From a virus: DNA of 64,000 bases. The position numbers and the translations under genes were made by a program. How positions within the stretch are numbered: position 1 is the stretch's first letter; every line of letters starts with the position of its first letter. Positions 28,847 through 41,400 of this stretch are shown piece after piece. The stretch lies in the IMG/VR virus record IMGVR_UViG_3300028833_000004; one strand, written 5' to 3'. Under the pieces are notes generated by a model that had not been told where the DNA came from, ran no database searches, and saw only the letters and a program-made list of their open reading frames with translations.

Positions 28847-30012
28847 AAAGTGAATATTTAGTAAAATTAAATAATAAGAACAGAATTCAAAGGGTTAAAA
28901 TTAGTTTAACTGCTCAAGATGAAATATATTTATTAGAAAGAATAACTGGTCAATTTGGTGGGAAAGAAACCCACCAACCAGTTATTAAAATTGAATCTGG
29001 CAAAGCGGGAAGAAATATTGCTGAGCAGGCTTCACTTATGTATAATTCTTATCTGAAGAAATATTTGGATTCTGGATATGTAAGACTTTCAAAATTAACC
29101 TACAAAAAAGAGTCTGAATTATCTGAAGATGATATTAAAACATTATTAGGAGATTCTGTTACTGATCAATCTGGAATACCAAAACCAATGCTTGCTAAAT
29201 CATCAGATCAATGTTCTGTAAATATTTTTGATAAGGAGTGGTATGTGAGCAGAAAATTAAATGGAGTGCGTTGTTTAATGTACTTTAAAGACGGAGAAGT
29301 TCATACAGCATCCAGAGGCGGTGGAACTTATGATATTGCCACCACCCATATAAGAACAGATGAACATGTAATAAACTTCTTTCAACAAAATCCAGATATT
29401 ATTTTAGACGGAGAATTGTATAAACATGATGTATTATATCCTCTTCAAAGAATATCGGGCTTAGCCAGACTGCAAGAATGGGATGATGAATGTTCCAAAT
29501 TAGAATATTGGGTATATGATTTAATATCAAAAGAGCCATTCAGTAAAAGATATGAATTTTTAGAAAACTCTGAATGGTACTTTGAAAACACAAATATAAA
29601 AATCTTAGAACAGAAACCTTTAAGTGGCTGGCAGAAAATTGAGAAAGAACATAACTTATATGTTAGTGAGGGGTTTGAAGGACTTGTAGCTCGAAATCCA
29701 AATAAGGAGTATGGAATTAATAAACGATCTGGTATTTATATGGTAAAACTTAAAAAATATCAAGATCAAGAATTTGAAATAGTGGGAGTAAAAGAAGGAC
29801 TTAGACCTGAAGATATGTGTTTTATTTTAAAGACTGCTGAAGGAAAGGAATTCTCAGCAAAGCCAACAGGTAATGCAGACACTAGAGTTTATTATATAGA
29901 ACATCCAGAAGACTTTATTGGCAAACAAGCTACCTGTAAATTCTTTGAGTGGTCTTCTGATAATATACCCCTACAACCAATTTTAATACATATTAGACCA
30001 GAAGATGAATAA
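28843..30012 (+). CDS. lig: ATP-dependent DNA ligase
   Basis: Motif I KLNGVRC, motif III ILDGELY, motif IV EGLVAR and motif V MVKLKK. Confidence 0.85.
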   Translation: MKSEYLVKLNNKNRIQRVKISLTAQDEIYLLERITGQFGGKETHQPVIKIESGKAGRNIAEQASLMYNSYLKKYLDSGYVRLSKLTYKKESELSEDDIKTLLGDSVTDQSGIPKPMLAKSSDQCSVNIFDKEWYVSRKLNGVRCLMYFKDGEVHTASRGGGTYDIATTHIRTDEHVINFFQQNPDIILDGELYKHDVLYPLQRISGLARLQEWDDECSKLEYWVYDLISKEPFSKRYEFLENSEWYFENTNIKILEQKPLSGWQKIEKEHNLYVSEGFEGLVARNPNKEYGINKRSGIYMVKLKKYQDQEFEIVGVKEGLRPEDMCFILKTAEGKEFSAKPTGNADTRVYYIEHPEDFIGKQATCKFFEWSSDNIPLQPILIHIRPEDE

Positions 30013-30352
30013 AAAAGTATATAGAGTCCATCTAACTGAAGGATATCAATTAAAAGCCGCTGATGAATTGATTAGTAAATTGAATATAAGACTTGGTGAA
30101 TCTGAGTCTTATATTCAAGAATTACAATATGATAATAAACAGCTTCAAGACAAGAATAAAGATCTAGAAAAAGAAGTTGAAAGACTTAAAGAATTATTTA
30201 AAAGATTTTTAGATAAATATTCTTCCGATGTAAAAGAACTTCGTAAAGAACCTTTTATTAAAGAATATACAGAAGAAATTGCTAAACTTAAAGAGAGTGT
30301 TCAGAATTTAGAAAAAGTTAGAGATAATTTGATATTTAAACTAAATGCATAA
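30005..30352 (+). CDS. coiled-coil hypothetical protein
   Basis: Track ORF. Heptad-like charged sequence (LQDKNKDLEKEVERLKELFK). Confidence 0.5.
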   Translation: MNKKVYRVHLTEGYQLKAADELISKLNIRLGESESYIQELQYDNKQLQDKNKDLEKEVERLKELFKRFLDKYSSDVKELRKEPFIKEYTEEIAKLKESVQNLEKVRDNLIFKLNA

Positions 30353-30366
30353 CTACTATTATATAT

Positions 30367-30633
30367 ATGAAAGAAATTTTTTCTAAATGGCTTCAAGCTA
30401 AACAATTAACATTGGAAGATATTATTACAATCTTACTGGAGTATGATTCATTATATAATGATGGATCATTAACTCCAGAGAAGGTTGTTTTTCTTTTAAA
30501 TTCTGTAAGTCTTCCAGTTAAAACTATGATAAATTCAGCAATGTTTAAAATTGCATATAAAAATGGATGGGATATTACATCCGTATATGATAAAAATGGA
30601 AAATTAATAATGAGATTTACAAATATTAATTAA
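30367..30633 (+). CDS. hypothetical protein
   Basis: Track ORF. Confidence 0.5.
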   Translation: MKEIFSKWLQAKQLTLEDIITILLEYDSLYNDGSLTPEKVVFLLNSVSLPVKTMINSAMFKIAYKNGWDITSVYDKNGKLIMRFTNIN

Positions 30634-30643
30634 AATAAAACTT

Positions 30644-30763
30644 ATGACTTCAGAACAAATTATAGAAAGATTGCTAGAAAATGATCAAATAACTGCTTCT
30701 GAAGCACTACAACTTTTACGAGATATAAGCAGTAATATCCATATATTATTCCAAATCAAATAA
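30644..30763 (+). CDS. small hypothetical protein (39 aa), last + strand ORF
   Basis: ATG 30644 to TAA 30761-63. Below the track cut-off. Confidence 0.3.
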   Translation: MTSEQIIERLLENDQITASEALQLLRDISSNIHILFQIK

Positions 30764-30796
30764 CCTATCCATATAATCAAATTATATATTAAATCA

Positions 30797-30839
30797 ATAA
30801 CCCCTATCGGAGAAATCCGATAGGGGTTATTTTTTTTTT
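30797..30839. terminator. strong intrinsic terminator at the convergence point of the two modules
   Basis: 15-bp perfect stem ATAACCCCTATCGGA / TCCGATAGGGGTTAT with a GAAA loop (30797-30830), then T9 (30831-30839). The TAA of the last - strand gene (30838-30840) abuts it. Confidence 0.85.
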
Positions 30840-33800
30840 AAACTAAATGAGTATCTTTTATTATACTAAATAAATCATTTGAGAAATTTAATAAACTATA
30901 TTCATCAGACTCAATGGTTTTGGCTGCATCCTAGAATGTTTTTTGTATAAAATCAGTTCCAATTATTCCAAATTGATCTACTGGTTTAATTAAAGATTCA
31001 TAAATATTCAATTCCCTAGCTGTTCTATCAAATAAATCTACAGTTGTAGCAACCGTAGCATTTTTCTTCAAATCTGAAAAATTTTCCATAATTGCTGCTA
31101 TAATTGCTGATACTATGGCTGCAAATAGTAAATTAAACAAAAATAATTTAGTATTTTCCCATTGTTGTGGATTTTCTCTGATATGTTGAATATCTCCAGT
31201 AGCAACATCATGAATTGTTTTAGCTGTAGACACGGCTAAACCTTCAATCGGGTTAGCTTTCCATTCAAGAACTGGTTCCAAAGCCTCTCCTGTCGTCGTG
31301 TCAATTCCATTTTCAGAAATACCATTTTCTCCAGCGACTACCTTTCTAGTCAATTTAATTTTATCATCATATTTGTAATATAATTTCTTACCTGAAATTG
31401 GATCTTCTAAATGAACTGTAGAACCTACCGATGAATCTATACCAACAGCCAGATATTTTCTTATTTCCGCAGGCATGAAAGTTAAGAAATTGGTATACAT
31501 AGTCCACCACCAACCTTTCTACATGTTTGCACGTTCCTCATGTCCATAATAACCATATATTAAACCAATCTATTCTTTTATTGAATTCTACTCCTAGACA
31601 GTATAAGCTCTTGGTAGAGGATCGTAAATTGGGTTATTTGAGTCATCTGTAACCTAACCAAATCTTAATTCCCCACCCTAGGCATTTTTCCAGCCTTCAT
31701 GAGAAAATTGTTGCATTTTGACTGTGTATAAAGCTTTCTATTCAACCCATTTTTTATCTTTTGTAAGATTTTTATGTCTATTTTTCCAGAAATAATTTAT
31801 ACGTTCATCTTTTTCGATGTCATAGACCAATTTACCATCAACTTCAGAATGTGCATTAAATGTACCATCCGCCTTCATTTTTGCAATAAATATAATCATT
31901 CTATTAAACCAATCTGGTGCAACTACATTTAAATATAACATTCGAGATCCTAAATTATGTATACCCCATCTGTCAAAGGCTAATGTTTCACCGATTACAT
32001 TTAAATCTCTATCGTTTATCTAATAAACATTATTTATTGCATCTATAAATCCAAAATCTCCGGCAGATTTACCTCCTAGAAGTTGTTTTGATTTTGTTAA
32101 AAAGCCCTCACCAAAAACTTCCTCTGCAGCACTTAGTAAATGTTCAAATGTTATCTTATAATCATTTCTTATCTAATTAGTTAAAACACTACTTATATTT
32201 CTAATCCTACCTAGGAGCATTTCTTTTATAAATAGTGCTGGTCTAACTGCTATTTTTGTAAGACTCTACATACTTTTAACAAATCCAATTGTTTTTAGTA
32301 AATCCTCATCTTCACTCTCTGTTAATGATGCATTATAAATTGATACTTTAATACGATTCTTTAAAGTTTCTCGCTAATTTTGCATGGATTGACCTGTAGC
32401 TAATTCTGCCAGATTAATAATTGCCATCTAATGATCTACAGTTTTTAAAAGCTTTGTAAAATATATTTCCTTTATATCTGCAACTGCATATGACAGAGTT
32501 AATTTATTTAAATTAATTTCCCATTCAATTGGATTAGTTGAATTTACTCTACTAGATCTATTTTTTGCACTTTCTTTATAATAATTAATATATTTTAATT
32601 TTTTAATATTTTCCTCACGTTCCTAAGCCTACTATTCATTTAATAAATTTGGCTCTAAATAATGTTTCCATTGAGAAACTTCTTTATGAATTGCTTCAGA
32701 TAAACTTTTACCCTAAAATACAGATTGAATATTTTTAATAAATCCAACAGCTCCCTATCGTTCCTATAACGGTAACTCAAAATATTTACCATTATTTAAG
32801 AGAATATTCTTATAGGCTTCAAATCCATCAGACTTTTCTAACTCAGCATAAGACATTTTACGATATTTACTATTTAATTTTGTCATTCTATGTCGATTAA
32901 AAGACCAAAGAACTATTTTTAAATATTCACTCTATGCCGGAGTTAATCCTGAATTTTTATCATATGGATTTTTTAACATCATTGATGGATGTAAGCTTCC
33001 ATCAGAAGAATGAATTAATAATGATTCATATGCGGATTCGTGATTACCCGTTAATGTACCTCGCAATGAAGTATCTTCATCTAAAAACTTTTTAGTAGCT
33101 AAATTTATTTCCTAAACTTCTTTTAAAAATTCAGCTTCTATCTATGCGGATGCTACACTAAAAGCACCATCAAACTATCGCACAAGCTCATCAGGGCTTG
33201 CGTATGATACTGACGTATGTAATCCCTAAGCTATACCTGTAAGCATAAGTCCAGATTTATTAAATCTAGTTATATCACCAAATCTAAATAAATCAATGCC
33301 GGCCAAAATAGACTCATCAAATGTAAGACTCCTCATATGCATTGAATACATTTCTTCCGGAGCCATATTTTTCATAGTTAACAATAACTGACTTATAGCA
33401 GCATATAATTTACCCATCTCTGAATTTTTATTATCATATTCAGATTGGTAGTCAGATTTTATATGATCTAGTAATTCTTCTAATTCATCTTCTGTTAACT
33501 ATTTTCCGACATTTGCAGATAAAAAAGGATCCTATAAATATCTTATACTTGATATATATAATAAATCAGCAACATGTTTACTTAATGTAACTACCGGATC
33601 AATAAAAATAATCTAATCTAGATCTTTCTCAACATCTTTAAAAATTTCAGCATTTTCTACAACTTCTGGTTTATTATTGGCTTCATAAGATAATATCCTC
33701 ATAGCTGTTAAAAATGGGGTAAAATTTTGAATAGTAGTATGTGATCCATTTATCATTGAGATAGTTTTTATTGCAGATATTTTCGGCTACCCATCCTAAA

Positions 33801-35472
33801 ATAATTCTCTATATTCAGCAATAGTTAATAATGTTTTTATTAAATATAAATTTCCAACAGATGGATTTGGTAAATTTTTTGATTCTTTAAATTCACGTAA
33901 AACTGTTTGATCTTTTAATGCCGGGGTTATTAGACTAGATCTTGGATCTATCATATAATTAAGCTATTTACTATCTGGAACAGGTACTATAAACTCATAA
34001 GAACCATCAGTATTTTTCATAGTTATAATACCCTAAGCCTCCAATGGTTCAAATTTAACATATTCCCATGAAGGACTCATATAGTGATATAATGTATAAG
34101 AGAATGCTGATGCCCAATCTTCATGTTTCTGTTTATTTAAAAAATTATTTAATGCCTCTATATTCTTCGTTTTTAGAATCTCTATAACAGTTAATAATGA
34201 ACCCTCAAATTTCTCTTTTATTGCTTTCTATTCTTGCTCTATTAACTCCTCTATAGTTCCTCTAACCTCTTCTTCGGAGTCTTTATTATATCCCACAAGA
34301 ATATTATTATCTAATTTTTTCCAAGATACTACAGTATTCTCAGCACACACTGGATACCATTCACGATCATTATTAACAGAGTTTTCAATCTACTATTTAA
34401 GATATTCCTTGGTAGACTTCTCCAAAATACGTCCCGTGCATAATATATCCACTCTGGTTTTTAGTTTTTCGTTATGCTTTTCAATTACTTCTTTTGGGAG
34501 AACTTTGCCGATTGTTGGAAATTTAGAATTTACAATTAATAGGGGGCCTTGTGAATTTTTTCCCAAACCTACTAATGGATCTTCAAAATCCTTAACTAAA
34601 ATTTCCTATTTTTCATTATAAACAAAATTAACATTTCGAATCTAAATTCTTTCCAAAGGAACGTTGAAAGTCTTAGAAACCAATTTTCTATAAAGTTCTA
34701 GCTATAAATAGTGATTCTATAACGTCGGGACACTCATAGAAATATTTGAACTTGTTTTAAAATCTAAAATAATCACATTTCCAGATTCTGTAAAAAAAAT
34801 CCCATCGGCACGTCCCTACAATTTTGTATCTCCATCCTTTATCCAAAGAGGCACTTCACATTCTAAATTTCCTTCTCCAAAAGTGTCTACTAAAGTTCGT
34901 TTAAAATTTTTAATACTCTGCTCTACATTTTTTGCAAAAATTGTTGGATCTTTTGAATCGAAGTGGAGTAGAAAATCTCTCAAGTGAATATTAAATGCAT
35001 CAGTCTCATCTCTAAACTATTTATTATCGACTAAGCTCTTCTAATAACTCTTGCAGAGTTCTATTAAATCATCTAAGGACTTTAAAGTCTTTTCCGAATT
35101 TCCATCAGAATACATCTAAATATATTTATGATATTTATCACCAAATAATCTTCTAAACTCTCTATAAAATTCCCTATTCTGTTTATTTACACCGTCTTCG
35201 GCAGAATCCTTGGAATAAAATTTCTACCCAAGACTAGTAACAGTATCAAATCCTGTAAGAGTTGAACTATCATAAGTCCTTCTATTTTCATTAATATGGT
35301 TCTATATATTATTAAATTCTTCTGAATGGGTACTATAAAATGTAAGGTCTTGATTTAAAGCCTCAGAAAATCTTTCAGAAATTACTTTTCCCTGAATCTA
35401 ACCTCTTAAGGCTTCTATTGTAGAAGCCTTAAGAGTTTCACCTTTATAATTTAATACATAAAAACAATTCAT
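30838..35472 (-). CDS. 1,544-aa late protein (TAG read as sense) with a PD-(D/E)XK-like motif and one C-terminal hydrophobic helix
   Basis: By hand, this phase has 0 TAA/TGA and about 45 TAG from ATG 35470-72 to TAA 30838-40. TAATG overlap with the upstream gene. Merges track fragments 30931..31500, 31738..31941 and 33226..33417. Confidence 0.8.
34756..34815 (-). other. PD-(D/E)XK nuclease-like motif inside the 1,544-aa ORF
   Basis: GRADGIFFTESGNVIILDFKTS, the same D...D-x-K-T architecture as + strand gene 20197..21264. Confidence 0.45.
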
Positions 35473-38400
35473 TACTTACATTCCTTAGTTATTTGTTTAA
35501 TTAACTCATCTTTTAGATATCTTGCCCTAATTTCCTGAATATCAGTATAATACCCCTGCTCATTTACAAAATTAACTCTGGCTTTTTGCATAAATGATGT
35601 TATTTTTTTATAATAAATGGCGTGGTTAATATCATAGGAACTTTGCGGAATCTGAAGATTTAAGCCCTTAAATAATTCCCTAAATCCTAAATTAATAGTA
35701 TTTAATAAGCCCTCTGAGGTTATTGTTTTTGATAAAGCTTCCTCAGACTTAATATAATCTGATATTCGATTCTCTATCTCCACAACAATTTTTTCATCGA
35801 GATCTTCTTCTGGTAAAGTTTCTCCGAGTCCTTTATAAAACTTATTAATAAGTTCCCAATACACAGTCGGCTAATTGGCTCTAAGATTTGCCAACATTAA
35901 GTGTGTGAACTCATGTAAACCAAATTTTGCAACATATTGTTCAACACTCTCTGTATCTGGTTTTTTAGAAATATTAATAAAAATCTAACCATCCTAAACA
36001 GTTGCATTCCATCTCTCCTTTGGGCTATTTACTATTTTTACATTTGTATGAAACATTTTTGACAGATGCTCTAAAATTTCCTGCCCATATCCATAGTCTG
36101 TTTCATTTATTATAGTCAATGGTTCAGCAGTAATCTTTTCAGAATATTGTGAAGGTTCCCTGTAAAGCATTCCATTTAATAGATGTGTTTTTTCTATCTA
36201 TAGTATTCCAGCAACATCTCCCTTAGAATTTATATATGAACATATTACATTATCAGTTCCTACTTGTAAAATCTAGTAAGCAATGTATGCACGATCTCCA
36301 GATTTAGTTGTCCCGACCTTTGTTATAACATCTCCAGTTTTTAATGTTGTATATTCTGTAACCTTTCCCACCTGATCTAATGAGTCTAAGTTAAATTCGT
36401 CATATTCATTTTTGCCATCGTAATAAACCTATGTTAGAGTATAAAACGTTTTTCTGCCTTTATCTGGTTTTATTATTGAAACTTTAGAATTTATAAAAGG
36501 TGCTGATTGAGCTAATTCCTGAATTTCATATTGTTTCTCAGATATTACTTGTTTAGGGATAATTTTATGGATAAATAAATCAGTGTCTTTTAATGCATTT
36601 TCCATAAATATTTCCCTAATGTTATTTATTGGAATTAATCGATCAGAAGTAGAAATTATAAACTAGTCATTTTGAACCTGTTTTATTGTCAGTTTCTGTC
36701 CATCATTTAATTCTATTGTATCTCCAAAAGTTAAATTGTTTAGAATTCTTAATTGTATATCTTTTCCCATATCCTAAAAATTTTCAACATGTAAAGTTTT
36801 AGTTTTTGATGTTGCTATAGAATTCTCTGGAGAGATATATGCATCTACATCCTACTGTTTAGTTATTGGAAATATAGCAGTATTAACTTTCGGAGTATTA
36901 ATAGATCTCAAAACCAGTATTGGAAGTATACCTTTTTCAGACTCATCATATAAAATATCACTAACAACATATGTAACTCCTTTAAATGTAACGACATCAT
37001 TAACTTTTAAATTAGTAATATTGATATGTTTTAGTTCATATTTTGTATAATCTAGAGTTGTATCAAATTCGTTTAATTTATAACTTCTATTTAATCTTAA
37101 TGTCTTGACCCTTTTAAATCCCTAATTCAAACCAAAGGTTAAATCAACTAATGGATTATCTAAATTTTTAATATTTGTTATTTTTACATAAATACCCTAC
37201 CCAGTTAAGTCTGAACCCATATAAATGTATCGTGTTCCATCCGAGTCTACTAATATATCTCCTTCCTTTGGTGCTATATCTGATTCTGCTTCTGAAACTT
37301 TCTTATAATAAATCTATTCATTAGTTAAAGCATTGGTATATAACTGTAAATTTGTCCAAATTTTTGATTTTATATAATTAGTCTACTAATTATCATCTAT
37401 AGATTTAATAAATGCCCTACATAGTTTAGATTTTTTAATTTTTTCAGACTTATTAAGTAAAGCTCTAATATTATCCTCAGTTATTCCTTCTGTTTCTGAT
37501 ACATAATTTAATATATAATTTAATTTATCAAAGTCTGTAGCAACCCTTCCAAGTTTACTAGATATATATAAGTGTAATAATGTAACTAATGTATCCTGTG
37601 ATAATTTACCGTTCTTATCCATTCCAATCTATTTCTCATTAATTACAATAATTGGTGCATTACCAATATACTCAATATGTGACAAAGTTTCACTTGATTT
37701 ATCCAATCTTATTATGACTGGTTGCTTTTCTTCAATAAATTTAATTAAATCATCTCCAAAAAGATTGTCTTCAACCTCTAAATTTTTAAACATCTCTGAA
37801 ATTGAAATATCCTACAGAAAGGTTCCTGAGTTTTTTGTACCAGATAAAAGACTTGCCCAATCACTCACTCTAGTTAGAATATGATTTCCTAAATCTGTTA
37901 GAGTTTTTTTCTCTATAAAAATAGGTCGACCATTAATTCTATCTTCATTAGTTTGATTAATTAAAACAGGATACTAGAATTTAGTAGTACTTTCCTTCGA
38001 AACTGCCGTTCCTGCAGTTTTTATAGTCACGTCAAGAATATACTACTAAGCAGTTTCAATTGATGCCCCTTCTCTAATATCAACATTTACAGTACTATAT
38101 AGAGGGCTTATTGTTTTTATCCAGGCTTCTATCGACTCTTTATTAAATTCAATATTTGCAGCAAATTCTTTCGGAGACATTGTTTGAATAAAAGACTTTT
38201 TTACTGAAGTTGTAACCCTTGTTTCCTTATCTGTATATGTTCCCTATTGAGCAAGTGCATTAGCGAAGGGTATTATATCAGCTCTCCAAGCGAGCATTTG
38301 CTTTACTGCTAAATTGCGCACTTCCATATTGGAACTTGCAGTTTTTTGAGCTACTTCATCTAAATATTCAAACTATTTATCTATATAATCTGTAATATTA

Positions 38401-41400
38401 CTAAATCTCTTCATATTTTGATATATACAAGTTGTGCTTCCTTTTATATCATTTCTTGAAGTAATAACATTATATAAATAAAAAAGTTCACCAATCGTTA
38501 AAGGTTTGCCTATAACACTATGTAATCCAGATGGAATCTGTGCTATCTAATCAAATCCTTCGGAAACCATATTTATACTAAAAGCAGTAGCTTGATCTTC
38601 TTTTGCTAAGAATGCATCTAAGGTTATATCGTAATAAGGTAATTCAGTTATATAATCTTTTACAACCTGTAATCTCTATACAAATGCATTATCTTTATAT
38701 TTTTTAATAATGCTTGGAATAAAGGCATTATTCATAAAATCAATAAATCTATCAACTTTAATAGAATCTGTAACACCAATAAATGCATCATCTACTAAAT
38801 CTTGGTTCCAGTTTGGAAATAATTTAGAAATCTCAGATTTTTTAATGCTATAATCACGCATCTCTTCTAATCCCTTTTGTATAAAATACTAGTCTATTAA
38901 TCTAAGTAATTTATTAGAATAATTAACATAATCTTTAGTTCCATTAGGAATTATTTGTGCGTATTCAATATTAGTCTCCCCATCATTATCTTTATCATCT
39001 TCAATATTAATATTTTCATCTAAATCTAAATCATCTAAAGAATGCTTATCTATAATGGATCTAAGTAATGATGCTTTTCCAATAGTCTAACTAATCAATC
39101 TAACAGTTTTACTGATGCTTTCAAGCTATTTATTAAAATGTGGGCTAGTTAAAACCACTCTCATTACATTTACACCAGATTTCGTAAACTGATACTGATC
39201 TAGGGCATTTTTTCTATACTCAGAGTTATTTGGATCAAATAGTCTATCAAAATTTAATGGCTCCTAACCATCTACCAATATATTTTTTCCAGGATTTCTA
39301 CTTAAGTAATCTTTAGCAATATTACGTTGATTCTGTGTTGAAATATTTATATTTTTAAATCTCTGAATTTTGCTTTTTGATAAACCTGTTAAAAATCCAG
39401 ATAGTTCAGTATATTTACTTTTAACTCCCTAATTTACTTTGAAATAACTTGTTAAATCTCTAAGTTCAGATGCTAAATCACATACTTTTAATAGTGATCT
39501 ATAAGTATTCTCATCAAATTCCTATGCGTGTTTTTGAATTAGTTTTTTAATATCATTAGTATCTAATTTTATCAAGGAAAATTTACTTGAGTCTAAATCT
39601 TTAGCAATGGTGTTCATTAAATTCACACATATATTAATAACATCGTCTATATGCATTCCATAAGTAATCATTGCTAATGGTAATGATAATAATTCTGGAC
39701 GCCCATTCATTTTTGCTAATGCTAACTCTTTAGCATTATCAGTTGCTAGAGATATAAAAATACTCAATGTATCAGCAACATTTGGTTCAAAGGACCTTGA
39801 AAAATATAAAAACTTTTTAAAAGCCTCTTCTGAAATATCATCAGATTTAATAACACCCATCTTTACAGCTGTTTCATAAACATCCATATAATGTGCACCC
39901 CTAGTTCCTAAAGCAGCCCACTATTTATTTTTAAACACCTATAATAGTGGATGCTATGTTATTCCAAACACTCTTTTATAACTTTCATCAAAGGCTTCCC
40001 ACGAAATTTTAGTATTAGCTAGAGTAAAGAAATGTTCATGAATATTCTTTGCCTCTCCTGTTTTCGCATCTATTACTGTAAAATTTAAATCTATATTAAT
40101 CTAGTCTTCAGGTGAAATTCCATTCTGTTGCATATTATAAAATTGCTACAAAGCCCCGGCAGCCTTTATAGCATTTGCGGCAATACCAACATCCGTTTTT
40201 CCAACAGCATTTTCTCGCTAAATTTCAAATATTGTAAATGGATTTAAATCATTATATTTCTTATTACCACCGGCATACTTTGTTATAACTTTAGTGACTG
40301 GTTTTGATTCCATAGGAACCTATGCAGCTTTTAAATTACGTAAATCAGACGCCGCTGAATATATGCCCTACATAATTCTATTCTTTTTAGCTGCTAAACC
40401 CTCATTCCAATTATTATATTTATTTAGGTTTTCAATTAAATCTGAAGGCTCTCCGATATAAAAAATATTTTTACTTTTATTTTCTTTATTATTTAAAAAT
40501 TTAAGAATATTATCTACAATATCTAATTTAGTTACTGGATCGACTATTGAGAATATAAATTCAATATCCTAAATAGTTAAAGTGGGTTCTTTTAAAACTA
40601 GAGAAAGCTCATTCCCAATTTGGATATCTAGTGATGTTATTAATGGAAGTTTTCTCTTAATTTTATCCGTTAATATTTCAGAGGCTTTTAATTTATTCAT
40701 ATCAACCCCACCATCCTCAGCTATTTTTGAAATTGTTTTTCCTGACGGACAGGTTAACAATAAAGATCTCTAAATAGTCTCTGGAGATGAATAGTCTGTA
40801 AATGCATTTCCAGCAATTCTTCCTCTAGAATCCAACTCATACATCATAGTATAAGCTTTATCTATATCATAGTCAGAACCCTGAAACCACATTTCCCATA
40901 TATTCATATAACCATTATTTTCAGAAGTTTCTGTAAATGCAACCGTTTCATTGGCCAAGAATGATTGAAATGCTTGCGATGGAATACGAGCAGATACAGT
41001 TTTTAATGAAGTATAAAAAGACTATTCTAATTCTTTAGTGAGTTTCTTAATAGATCCATCAATATCTTTAAGATTAAAGGACTTATGATTTAAAAAAGAA
41101 GCGTTTCCATAATAAGCATTGATATCTTTAGACATCGGTGAAAGGAGCACTCCCATATTTACTTTACTAATTCCCTAAATAAAAATTTCTATTTTAAGTT
41201 TTGAATTATTATTAGGTCTACTAATAGAAACTTTTAAATCATCTGCCCTTCCCTATAATTTAATCCCCTCAATAACTCGACCATACTCATCTGTTATTGA
41301 TACTGTTCCATCATTATTCTATATTGTATTTGAATTTATTAAATTATCTGAAATCTAATTAGCTGAAAAAATTATATCAATATTATCTAAAGCAACAGCT

